Assembly (NCBI GenBank): GCA_041640455.1
Contig: JBEQAF010000002.1
Location: forward strand, 1 to 17,555
Length of the DNA stretch: 17,555 nt
Direction: 5' to 3'
DNA from: a bacterium
GTDB taxonomy: Bacteria > CALINM01
Below are positions 1-8,415 of the stretch, one piece after another. How positions within the stretch are numbered: position 1 is the first letter of the stretch; every line of letters begins with the position of its first letter. The notes under the pieces are model-generated. The model did not search any database. It was not told where the DNA came from and saw only the letters and a list, made by a program, of their open reading frames with translations. Position numbers and translations under genes: made by a program.

Positions 1-1656
1 TAGCTCATCTCCTTTTGAAACAAGCGAAATGACCTTTCCGCCCCTTGCCAGCACCTCCTGCATATTGCTTAAGGTCTTCTCAAAATGAGAGGAGAACGGA
101 TTTATAAGAAAGGTAGGCATATTCTCATCTATAAGGGCTATGGGACCATGCTTCATCTCCCCAGCCGCATAGGCTTCTGCATGGATGTAGGATATCTCTT
201 TGAGCTTTAATGCCCCTTCCATAGCAAGCGGGTAGTTAAGCCCTCTGCCAAGATAGAGAAAATTATTATACCTGTGAAACTGTCTGGCAATATTATTGAT
301 ATTTTCTGCCTCCTTTAACACCTCTTCCATATAGCGGGGCAGTGAGAGCAGTTCGGAAATATATTTTTTTAGCTCCGCCTTAGATAGCAGCTTCTTTTCT
401 CTGGCTATCTTTAAAGCCAGCAAAAGAAGAACCGAGACCTGAGTAGAGAATGCCTTAGTTGAGGCTACGCCTATCTCTGGTCCTGCATGGGTATATATGG
501 TATTATGGGCTTCAAGAGATATACTGCTACCAAGCACATTGCAGATAGCAAGGGTTTTTAAACCTTCATTTTTACACATCTTAAGAGCCGCAAGCGTATC
601 TGCTGTTGAGCCCGACTGGGATATGAAAAGATACAGGGATTTTTTATCAAAAAAATTCTTTTTATATCTAAACTCAGATGCAATATCTACAAAAACCGGC
701 ATCTCTGCCAGCTCTTCGAGGAAGATTCTGCCCACAAGCCCCGCATGGTAGCTTGTACCACAGGCAATAATATGAATGGAGCTGAACTGCTCAGAGATAT
801 TATAATCAATCTCATTGAAGATAATATCAGCCTTATCGGGGTAAATTCTTGTCCTGACGGTGTTTATAAAAGCTTCTGGCTGCTCAAATATCTCTTTGAG
901 CATAAAATGGGGAAATCCACCCTTTTCTGCCTGAGATATGGACAGATTTATTACCTCGGGATCTCTTTTTATCTCTTCTCCGTTAAAGTTATAAAGACTA
1001 TATTCCTTCCTACTAATGATAGCTATCTCACCATCTTTCAGAAATATTATTTTATTCGTATAAGGTAGCAGAGCAGGCATATCGGAGGCAAAGAAGTTTT
1101 CTCCCTCCCCCACACCTATGACAAGAGGGCTCTCGTATTTTATAAGATAAATCTTCTCAGGCTCCTTAATATTTAGTATGGCACAGGCAAAGGATCCTTT
1201 CAGCTCTTTTATGGTTTTTAAGATGGCTTTTAAAATATCCTTTGTCTGCTGGTAATAGTAATTGGTCAGATGGGCTATTACCTCCGTATCTGTCTCAGAC
1301 TGAAAGCTGATGCCCTTTTTAATAAGCATAGATTTGAGCTCTGCATAGTTTTCAATAATCCCATTATGGACAAGCACAATATCTCCAGCCCGATGGGGGT
1401 GAGCATTAACCTCTGTAGGTCTACCATGGGTAGCCCACCTTGTATGACCTATGCCCACTCTGCCAGTGGTTTTCATATCTTTTGTCTTCTCAATTAGATT
1501 TTTAAGTTTGCCAACGGCTCTATCTATTTTAATAGATTTTTTCTCATGGACTGCAATTCCTGCAGAGTCATATCCTCTGTATTCAAGTCTTTTTAACCCA
1601 TCAATTATAACAGGCAAAGCTAATTTGTCTCCTGCATATCCCACTATTCCACACAT
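1..1656 (-). CDS. glmS: Glutamine--fructose-6-phosphate transaminase (isomerizing), 3' end truncated by the window edge
   Basis: Not in the ORF track; read manually. ATG at 1656 gives MCGIVGYAG (N-terminal catalytic Cys). Motifs seen: RLEYRGYDSAG, GIGHTRWATHG, HNGIIEN, SETDTEV, HFMLKEIFEQP, ACGTSYHA, HAGPEIGVASTKAF, EGALKLKEISYIHAEAYAAGEMKHGPIAL. 552 codons lie inside the window. Confidence 0.98.
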   Translation of the reverse strand, partial: MCGIVGYAGDKLALPVIIDGLKRLEYRGYDSAGIAVHEKKSIKIDRAVGKLKNLIEKTKDMKTTGRVGIGHTRWATHGRPTEVNAHPHRAGDIVLVHNGIIENYAELKSMLIKKGISFQSETDTEVIAHLTNYYYQQTKDILKAILKTIKELKGSFACAILNIKEPEKIYLIKYESPLVIGVGEGENFFASDMPALLPYTNKIIFLKDGEIAIISRKEYSLYNFNGEEIKRDPEVINLSISQAEKGGFPHFMLKEIFEQPEAFINTVRTRIYPDKADIIFNEIDYNISEQFSSIHIIACGTSYHAGLVGRIFLEELAEMPVFVDIASEFRYKKNFFDKKSLYLFISQSGSTADTLAALKMCKNEGLKTLAICNVLGSSISLEAHNTIYTHAGPEIGVASTKAFSTQVSVLLLLALKIAREKKLLSKAELKKYISELLSLPRYMEEVLKEAENINNIARQFHRYNNFLYLGRGLNYPLAMEGALKLKEISYIHAEAYAAGEMKHGPIALIDENMPTFLINPFSSHFEKTLSNMQEVLARGGKVISLVSKGDEL

Positions 1657-1659
1657 CTC

Positions 1660-4143
1660 CTACTCCCCTTTCTTTGAAATGTCTTTTATGATCTTTAAAA
1701 TTTCTTCAACTTTAAAGGGCTTCTGCATAAAGGCAGAAAAGCCCTTGCTTGCAAGCCTCTGAGTGAGCTCTATGGCATTATATCCGCTCATAAGCACCAC
1801 AGGTATATTCTCTCTTATCTTTTTTATTTCCCTGTAAGTCTCCTCACCGCTCATCTTTGGCATGGTAAGGTCAAGAAAGATTAGATCAATGGAATCCTTA
1901 TGCTGCTTCAATATTTCAACACCTTCAATCCCATCGGAGGCTAAATAACATCTATATTTTAATCTATCAAAAAGCCTTTTGGCATAATCCCTAACGGCAG
2001 GCTCATCGTCAATAAAAAGCACAGTAATCGCCCTTTCATTAATCTCTTCAATACTCTCCTTTTTTGTTTCCCTTAAAGCTACTTTTTCCTTCAAGGGAAG
2101 AAATACCTTAAAGGATGAGCCTTTATGAAGTTCACTATAAACCTTGATAGTCCCTCTATGTCCTCTTATTATGCCCAGAACGGCGGCAAGACCAAGACCT
2201 CTGCCGATAAACTTGGTTGAAAAGAAGGGATCAAATATTTTAGGTAGTAGATCCTTAGAAATACCCTTGCCAGTATCGGTCACCTCAAAAAAGGCATAAT
2301 CTCCTGGTGGCAGATAATCGGTTGCATAGGTATCTTCTATATAACTTTCATCAAGATGCTGCATGCCGGTTGATATGGTAATTATGCCTTCCTTATCTCC
2401 TATAGCCTCAGAGGCATTAATTACCAGATTAAGAAGAACCTGCTTTATCTGCGAAGCATCTCCTTCAGTAAAGGGATCATAAGGAGAAAGCAAAAAATTC
2501 AGTGCTACATTTTTGTTGATGGAAGAAAGGAGAACAGGCTTTATCTCTTCTATAAGCTTATTAAGGCTGATAGGCTCAATTATAAACTTCCCCTTACCGG
2601 AATAAGCAAGCATCTGTTTTGCCAGATCGGCAGCTGTAAATGTAGCCTTTTCTATAGCTCTAAGATATTCCGCTGTCTTGGAGCCTGAATCTAAGCTCAT
2701 TATGGCAAGCTGCGTATTGCCCAGTATGGCAGTAAGTATATTATTAAAATCATGGGCAATCCCTCCTGCAAGAACTCCAAGGCTTTCCAGCTTCTGTGTC
2801 TGAATTATCTTTTTTTCCATTTTTTTCTTTTCTTTTTCCAGATTGACAATAGAAGTTATATCAAAAATATCTAAAACAAACTCTTTTTCGCTTATAGGTA
2901 TAAAGTTAAGTCTGTAGAAGCGATCATCATCTGATTTACAACAGTAAGATAAAGTTTGTAGATAGCTTAGATCTTTTAAGTATGAGCTCTGAATAAAATT
3001 AAGCTTTTCTTGAAAATCTGAGAATCTTCTGCCCTTAATCTCCTCCTTTCTCATATTAAAAATATTCTCGAAGCTTCTATTTACATCTACAAAAATAAAG
3101 TCCTTTTTTTCTTCGTCCCACTCACAGATTAAAAATCCTTCAATCATGTTGTCAAAGAGAGACCTGAATCTTTTTTCACTCTCTTTAAGGGCTTTTATAG
3201 CTTCTATCTCCCTGGATATGTCTCTTATATTAACAATAACCTTTTGTTTATCAAGCTTTACAATTCTAACTGCTACAGGGATAAGTCTGCCATCTTTTCT
3301 TTTCACAATACTTTCGGTACTGAAAAAACGATCCTTTTTAAGAATCTCTCTCTCCATTTCGATATATTTTTCATCAAATCCATGTCCTATATCCCAGGGT
3401 TTCATGGATCTTATCTCTTCTTTGGAATATCCCAGAAGTTCACAGGCTCTATAATTTGCATCAAGTATATGGGCGCTAAAAAAATCCACCAGAAACTTTG
3501 CATCAGGTCCGTATTCAAATATGGTTTCATACTTTTTTGCCTCTGCATTTTTTTGTCTTTCCATCTCTTTTAAGAAGTTATACATTAATGCAAAGGCAAT
3601 AAGGATGGTTAGCACTCTTGTAATTTCAAATCCGATGGGAGCAAACCAATCAACGACTCTTAAAAAGGGATAGTTTAACCTGTGAAGCCCCCAAAAAAGA
3701 AAAAGCAGGAATATGGTTTTTGAGGGATTCTCTCTATCTCTGTAAAAGGGGACGCCGGCACTTATGGTGGCGATACCTGCCAGACCATGCGCTGGAATGG
3801 TTAACCAGAGAAAAGGTAGTTGAGAATAAACAGCATAGACTGTATAGCCAGAGACTGCAATTAGCAGATATAACCAGATTTTATTAAACTTTATTTTCAG
3901 GGTGCTATGGGTACCCAGTAAAAAAAAATAGCTGTTTGCAACCACAAAAAGTCTAATTAGCAGATTAACCACAGGCGCTTTATATCCCGACTGGTAGATA
4001 AGCTCAAAAAGAATTGACAGGGCATGGCATAGAAATCCCAAACCAAAGTAAAAAATCCCTCTTTTCCCATACCTTATGCCAAAAAAGGCGAAGATCAGGA
4101 ATACCAGAAAAAGAGTAAAACCTAACCCGATTATGGATGGCAT
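1660..4143 (-). CDS. Membrane-bound hybrid sensor histidine kinase (about 7 TM helices, PAS, PAS, HisKA, HATPase, REC)
   Basis: H-box LAGGIAHDFNNIL, N-box QVLLNLVINASEA, G1 VTDTGKGI, F-box IFDPFFSTK, G2 GRGLGLA. Receiver FIDDE...FLDLTMPKMSG...MSGY...KPF. Two PAS-like segments (YETIFEYGPD...IRDIS; FRSLFDNMIEG...FDIT). Hydrophobic N-terminal ~190 aa. ATG at 4143; an in-frame TTG at 4146 is an alternative start. Confidence 0.93.
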   Translation of the reverse strand: MPSIIGLGFTLFLVFLIFAFFGIRYGKRGIFYFGLGFLCHALSILFELIYQSGYKAPVVNLLIRLFVVANSYFFLLGTHSTLKIKFNKIWLYLLIAVSGYTVYAVYSQLPFLWLTIPAHGLAGIATISAGVPFYRDRENPSKTIFLLFLFWGLHRLNYPFLRVVDWFAPIGFEITRVLTILIAFALMYNFLKEMERQKNAEAKKYETIFEYGPDAKFLVDFFSAHILDANYRACELLGYSKEEIRSMKPWDIGHGFDEKYIEMEREILKKDRFFSTESIVKRKDGRLIPVAVRIVKLDKQKVIVNIRDISREIEAIKALKESEKRFRSLFDNMIEGFLICEWDEEKKDFIFVDVNRSFENIFNMRKEEIKGRRFSDFQEKLNFIQSSYLKDLSYLQTLSYCCKSDDDRFYRLNFIPISEKEFVLDIFDITSIVNLEKEKKKMEKKIIQTQKLESLGVLAGGIAHDFNNILTAILGNTQLAIMSLDSGSKTAEYLRAIEKATFTAADLAKQMLAYSGKGKFIIEPISLNKLIEEIKPVLLSSINKNVALNFLLSPYDPFTEGDASQIKQVLLNLVINASEAIGDKEGIITISTGMQHLDESYIEDTYATDYLPPGDYAFFEVTDTGKGISKDLLPKIFDPFFSTKFIGRGLGLAAVLGIIRGHRGTIKVYSELHKGSSFKVFLPLKEKVALRETKKESIEEINERAITVLFIDDEPAVRDYAKRLFDRLKYRCYLASDGIEGVEILKQHKDSIDLIFLDLTMPKMSGEETYREIKKIRENIPVVLMSGYNAIELTQRLASKGFSAFMQKPFKVEEILKIIKDISKKGE

Positions 4144-4147
4144 CAAT

Positions 4148-5533
4148 CTACTTCACCTTTTTAATCCTATGTTTTATTTTATGCCAGTTTTCTATCATTC
4201 TCTGTTCGTTTCTTTCAACTGCCAGCGCACCGTCAGGCACATCTTTTGTAATCACCGAGCCTGCTCCTGTGACCGCTTTTTCTCCAACCGTTACTGGAGC
4301 CACAAGACAGGTATCAGATCCGATAAAGGCGCCCTTTTTAATATGGGTAAAATGCTTCTTTTCACCATCATAGTTGCAGGTAATGGTACCGGCACCTATA
4401 TTGGCATCCTCCTCTACCAGTGCATCACCAATGTAGCTTAAATGATTTGCCTTTGCACCTTTTTTTATGGTTGATTTTTTTAACTCCACAAAGTTACCGA
4501 TCTTTGCCTTCTCCTCAATTACCGTTTCAGGTCTTAGATGGGCAAAAGGACCTATAACTGCCTTATCTGATATTTTTGAGTTTTCAATCACACAGTAGGG
4601 CTTTATATGCACATAATCGGCAATCTGTGTATCTCTTATTACCACCCCCTGTTCAATAATGCAGTGTTTACCTATTCGGCTATTACCAGCTATATAGCAG
4701 TCCGGGTAGATCACCGTATCTTCACCTACCTGAACTCCTTTCTCAATGTAAGCTCTTTCGGGATTTAGAATGGTTACCCCGTTAATCATGAGCTCTTTAA
4801 GGATAATTTTCTGAAGGGCATTGGTCAGTACTGCCAGCTCTTCTCTGGAGTTTATACCCTGCAGTCTGAACTGCTCGGGCTCTTTATAACAGGAGACCTC
4901 AATACCATTGGAAATAGCAATATCTACAAGCTCTGTGAGATAATACTCTTTTGTAAGCTCATTTTCCTTTATCAAAGGGATATGCTTTTTAAGAAAATCT
5001 CTATCAAAGCAGTATAGCCCGGCGTTTATCTCTTTTACCTGTTTCTCTGCCTCTGTGGCGTTCTTTTCTTCCACTATTTTTACAATCTTTCCATTTTCTT
5101 TGATAACTCTTCCGTAGCCCATTGGATTATCCAGCTCAATGGTCGTGATGGTAATGGGAGTTTTATGATGTTCTATAAGACTTTTTAAAGACTCTGCATT
5201 TATAAGCGGCACATCCCCTGATAGTACCATTACCCTGTCGACATCCGGGCTTATATGAGAAAGTGCAGATTTTACCGCGTCACCGGTTCCAAGAGGCTCT
5301 TTCTGATAAGCAAATTTAAAAATAAACCCGAAATCATCGGTCAACCTTTTTTCCACCAGCTCCTTCTGATGGGAAAGCACAGGGATAATCTCCACAGGGC
5401 GGAGCTTCAAAGCCTCTTCAACAACATAGTTTATCATGGGCTTACCAAGCAGACAATGTAGCACCTTGGGGAGAGATGATCGCATCCTTGTCCCCTTTCC
5501 AGCAGCAAGAATTATGACGGCTATCTTATTCAT
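4148..5533 (-). CDS. glmU: Bifunctional UDP-N-acetylglucosamine pyrophosphorylase / glucosamine-1-phosphate N-acetyltransferase
   Basis: ILAAGKGTRM...PKVLH, LGTGDAV, SGDVPL, EYYLT, hexapeptide repeats, GPFAHLRP, GNFVELK, HLSYIGDA, GAGTITCNYDG. Start moved from 5584 to the ATG at 5533 (MNKIAV), which has a GGAG SD and overlaps the trmI stop. Confidence 0.98.
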   Translation of the reverse strand: MNKIAVIILAAGKGTRMRSSLPKVLHCLLGKPMINYVVEEALKLRPVEIIPVLSHQKELVEKRLTDDFGFIFKFAYQKEPLGTGDAVKSALSHISPDVDRVMVLSGDVPLINAESLKSLIEHHKTPITITTIELDNPMGYGRVIKENGKIVKIVEEKNATEAEKQVKEINAGLYCFDRDFLKKHIPLIKENELTKEYYLTELVDIAISNGIEVSCYKEPEQFRLQGINSREELAVLTNALQKIILKELMINGVTILNPERAYIEKGVQVGEDTVIYPDCYIAGNSRIGKHCIIEQGVVIRDTQIADYVHIKPYCVIENSKISDKAVIGPFAHLRPETVIEEKAKIGNFVELKKSTIKKGAKANHLSYIGDALVEEDANIGAGTITCNYDGEKKHFTHIKKGAFIGSDTCLVAPVTVGEKAVTGAGSVITKDVPDGALAVERNEQRMIENWHKIKHRIKKVK

Positions 5534-6317
5534 CTGACTCTCCTGAATATTTTCTGGTAAAAATAAGATATCCTGTGTGAGCAATCATAGTATCTTCTGG
5601 TCTTAACCTTTCTGCTACTGTTTTGTAGCCTCTCAGAAATATCTCCACTACCTGAGTATGGAAAAATTTATAATTTTCAAGCACCTTTAAGGTATCCGAT
5701 ACCTGATTTGCAGTGGGCACAAAAACACACAGATTACCACTAAATTTAAGGGCATTAAAGCAGTGGCTGATATATTTTTCAGGGTATTTTACATCAAGAA
5801 ACAGGGCATCTACATCTTTTTCGTCAAAACCCTCTTCAATATCCCTGTTTTTAAAGGTTACAATCTGCTCAAGTCCAAGTCTTTCAATATTTTTTTTGGC
5901 AAGCTCCATAAATTCAGGTCTTGCCTCATAGGAGATTAATCTACCGTCAGGATTTAGAGCAAAGGCAAAGGCTGAGGTAGCCGAACCGCTGCCAGAGCCA
6001 CATTCTATCATGGTAATTCCCGAACAGATGCCAAGTTTAAGTATTATATACCCCAGATCTTTTGCATAGAGCACCTGAGTTTTTCTCTTAATATGCCTTA
6101 GAAAATCATATATGACAGGTTTAAAAACAAAATACTCGGCTGACAAACTGGTTTTTACAGAACTTCCATAGGGCAAACCTATTAGTGATGTAAAATCAAT
6201 ATAGCCCTCATGGGTGGAGAACTGCCCTTTCTCCTGAACCTTTATAAGATATTCATTCCCTTTCCTGGACAGTATAAGAACATAATCGTTTGCTTTTATC
6301 AGATTACTATCATTCAT
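5526..6317 (-). CDS. trmI: tRNA (adenine-N1)-methyltransferase, TrmI/Gcd14 family (m1A58)
   Basis: THEGYI...IGLPYG N-terminal domain, KRKTQVLYAKD, SAM motif IECGSGSG, SYEAR, DALFLD, LRPEDTMIAHTGYL. Confidence 0.93.
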   Translation of the reverse strand: MNDSNLIKANDYVLILSRKGNEYLIKVQEKGQFSTHEGYIDFTSLIGLPYGSSVKTSLSAEYFVFKPVIYDFLRHIKRKTQVLYAKDLGYIILKLGICSGITMIECGSGSGSATSAFAFALNPDGRLISYEARPEFMELAKKNIERLGLEQIVTFKNRDIEEGFDEKDVDALFLDVKYPEKYISHCFNALKFSGNLCVFVPTANQVSDTLKVLENYKFFHTQVVEIFLRGYKTVAERLRPEDTMIAHTGYLIFTRKYSGESDE

Positions 6318-6327
6318 TTAACTTTTG

Positions 6328-6336
6328 ATTATAACA
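6328..6336 (-). promoter_or_regulatory. Putative extended -10 promoter (TGTTATAAT) for trmI-glmU-kinase-glmS
   Basis: The minus strand reads TG-T-TATAAT-CAAAAGTTAA-ATG. It lies inside the inverted repeat at 6322-6340. Confidence 0.55.
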
Positions 6337-6367
6337 AAAGCTCCTAATAAAAAACAGTTTTTTGCTA

Positions 6368-6781
6368 TCATATCTTTGCACCCATTAGCGTAACAATGGC
6401 TTTAGCTACAGCCTTTTCCGCTCCTGACTTAATGGAAAAAACATCAGATTCAGCTACCATAATCCTTCTTCCCTCTCTTATTAGCCCTGAGCGGCAGATA
6501 AGAAACTCTCCCTCTGCAGGTCTTAGAAAATTAATTTTAAACTCTATGGTCAGCACCTCTTCTTCCTTATGAACAATTGTAGTTGCGGCAGCCCCTGCCG
6601 TATGGTCTGCAAGAGTGGCAATAACTCCTGCATGGATAAAGCCATGTTGCTGACGGTGAAAATCTCTTATCTCAAGCTGGGTCTCACAATACCCCTTTTT
6701 TATTTCTAAAATTTTTATACCAAGATTTTTTATAAAATTTGCATCTTCAAATATCTTTTCGGTTTTTTTAATAAAATCCAT
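6368..6781 (-). CDS. PaaI-family (hotdog fold) thioesterase
   Basis: QQHGFIHAGVIATLAD, TIEFKINFLRPA, GRRIMVAESDV. AAGGAG SD within the uvrC 3' end; the ATG directly abuts the uvrC stop. Confidence 0.92.
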   Translation of the reverse strand: MDFIKKTEKIFEDANFIKNLGIKILEIKKGYCETQLEIRDFHRQQHGFIHAGVIATLADHTAGAAATTIVHKEEEVLTIEFKINFLRPAEGEFLICRSGLIREGRRIMVAESDVFSIKSGAEKAVAKAIVTLMGAKI

Positions 6782-8356
6782 CTAAGACTCCTTTTCTATT
6801 CTTTTTTTAAGATGTCTATTGGCAAAACGGTGAGCCTCTTCTCTTAAAAGACTAAGAATTTTCTGCGCTCTGCTTCCTTTTTTGGGAATCAAAGGGTTTT
6901 TTCTATTGGGTAGATACAGAGAGTTATTTTCGTCCTTTGCAAAGGCAACAACAAGAATACTTTTTATTCCCTTTTCTTTTAATACCTTTGTTGCTACCGA
7001 AAGCTGACTTCTGCCACCATCTATAACTATTAGTTCGGGATATGTCCATTCAGCATGATTTAATCTACGCTCGAGGGCATTTTTTAGTGTTTTCAGGTCA
7101 TCATATCCCTCTTCTTCTGCATTAAAAAGACGATACTGGTCTTTCGCAAGAGCGCCATCCTCGTATACTACCATAGAGCAGAGATTTAGCCTTCCAAACA
7201 TATGGGAGGCATCATAGCACTCAATTCTTTTTATCTCCCTATCTAATCCAAGGATATTTTTAAGTTCAGATGTTTCGGAGTAATCTCTGAAAAAGGAAGA
7301 GGCATTAAGATTTGCTAAATTAATAAGCTTTCTGGTTTCATCATCTTTTGCTGTTATAATCCTGATATTTTTGTTAAATCTCTGGCTTAAAAGCTCCGTA
7401 AGAGACTGCCTATCTTCTGGTTCAAAGGGTACCAGTATAGCATCAGGTAGAATAGCCTGTTTTTCGTAAAAAGACTGGATAAACTGAGAAAGTGCATCCT
7501 GTTCGCTTACTCCAAGCGGCTGAGTAAAGTTTTTTCTGGCAGTTATAGAACCGCCCCTTACAAAGAGCAAAGAAAAGTTTATTTTGTTTTCCACTACAAA
7601 GCTTCCTATGGCATCAATGTTTACATTTTTTCTTAAGTAAACACCCTGTTTTTCTTGAACATGTTTCAGCTTCTCAATAAGGTTACGCAGATTTGCAGCG
7701 CCCTCATAGTCAAGCTCCCTCGCCTTTTGCCACATCTTTTTTTCCAGCAGTTTTGTAATCTTTTTCGTATCTCCTTCAAGAAAAGAGATAACCTCTTTAA
7801 GAATCTGTTGATAATCCTTTTTCTTATCTTTGTTAACACAGGGGGCTATGCATTCGCCCATATCAAAATAAATACAGGTTTTTTTTCTTTTATTAAAAGC
7901 GCTGTCGCTACAACGCCTTAGCGGATACACTCTCCCTATCATATCTATAATATCTCTTATGCTTCTGGCTGAGGTATAGGGTCCAAAATAAAGGGCACCA
8001 TCATTTTTTATTTTTCTTACAAACTCAAGTTTGGGAAACTGATGGTCTATATTTATTTTTATACAAAGGTAATTTTTATCGTCCTTTAGCTGAATGTTGT
8101 ATCGGGGCTTATATTTTTTTATAAGATTATTCTCTAAGATGAGAGCCTCTTTTTCATTTTCTGTAACAATAAACTCCAGCGCCTTTAGCCGATTCAAAAG
8201 GAAATCTATCTGGGGGCGTGAGTCCTTTTCCTTAAGATAGCTGTTTATTCTTTTTTTAAGATTTTTCGCCTTGCCCACATAGATCACCTTCCCATCTTGA
8301 TCTTTCATTATGTATACACCCGGGCGGGAAGGCACCATGATATTTTTTTCAAGCAT
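6782..8356 (-). CDS. uvrC: Excinuclease ABC subunit C, lacking the C-terminal HhH domain
   Basis: GIY-YIG domain (PGVYIMKD...YVGKAKNLKKR...EALILENNLIKKYKPRYN), YFGPY, four-Cys cluster, UVR motif (ELDYEGAANLRN), RNase H-like domain (RIECYDASH, VIDGG, EAHRFA). Confidence 0.95.
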   Translation of the reverse strand: MLEKNIMVPSRPGVYIMKDQDGKVIYVGKAKNLKKRINSYLKEKDSRPQIDFLLNRLKALEFIVTENEKEALILENNLIKKYKPRYNIQLKDDKNYLCIKINIDHQFPKLEFVRKIKNDGALYFGPYTSARSIRDIIDMIGRVYPLRRCSDSAFNKRKKTCIYFDMGECIAPCVNKDKKKDYQQILKEVISFLEGDTKKITKLLEKKMWQKARELDYEGAANLRNLIEKLKHVQEKQGVYLRKNVNIDAIGSFVVENKINFSLLFVRGGSITARKNFTQPLGVSEQDALSQFIQSFYEKQAILPDAILVPFEPEDRQSLTELLSQRFNKNIRIITAKDDETRKLINLANLNASSFFRDYSETSELKNILGLDREIKRIECYDASHMFGRLNLCSMVVYEDGALAKDQYRLFNAEEEGYDDLKTLKNALERRLNHAEWTYPELIVIDGGRSQLSVATKVLKEKGIKSILVVAFAKDENNSLYLPNRKNPLIPKKGSRAQKILSLLREEAHRFANRHLKKRIEKES

Positions 8357-8362
8357 ATCTCA

Positions 8363-8371
8363 ATTTTATCA
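8363..8371 (-). promoter_or_regulatory. Putative extended -10 promoter (TGATAAAAT) of uvrC, 6 nt before the ATG
   Basis: The minus strand reads TG-A-TAAAAT-TGAGAT-ATG(8356). No SD. Confidence 0.5.
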
Positions 8372-8387
8372 GATAACCCCTTCTTTT

Positions 8388-8415
8388 TTGCAAAAAATCC
8401 TATAACTGCTATAAT
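8388..8415 (+). promoter_or_regulatory. Putative sigma70-type promoter for the SAP-mat unit
   Basis: TTGCAA (8388-8393), 16 bp spacer, TATAAT (8410-8415) with extended TG at 8407-8408. GGGGGTG SD at 8434-8440. Confidence 0.65.

Noticed and set aside
1657..1700. glmS ribozyme or sRNA-target leader
   Set aside because: Only 3 nt separate glmS from the upstream kinase; no ribozyme-like sequence seen.
497..1762. Plus-strand ORFs 497-751, 745-1068, 1270-1497, 1451-1762
   Set aside because: Antisense shadows of glmS and the kinase; no recognisable motifs.
3920..3928. A9 homopolymer in the kinase membrane domain as a phase-variation tract
   Set aside because: The frame is intact, and A/T runs of 7-8 are common throughout this AT-rich window.
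5534..5584. 17-aa N-terminal extension of GlmU in the ORF track
   Set aside because: Lies inside trmI; the ATG at 5533 has an SD and matches normal GlmU N-termini.
3146..7921. Plus-strand ORFs 3146-3454, 3244-3573, 4076-4441, 4137-4373, 5255-5461, 5713-5931, 7655-7921
   Set aside because: Antisense to well-supported genes; no family motifs.
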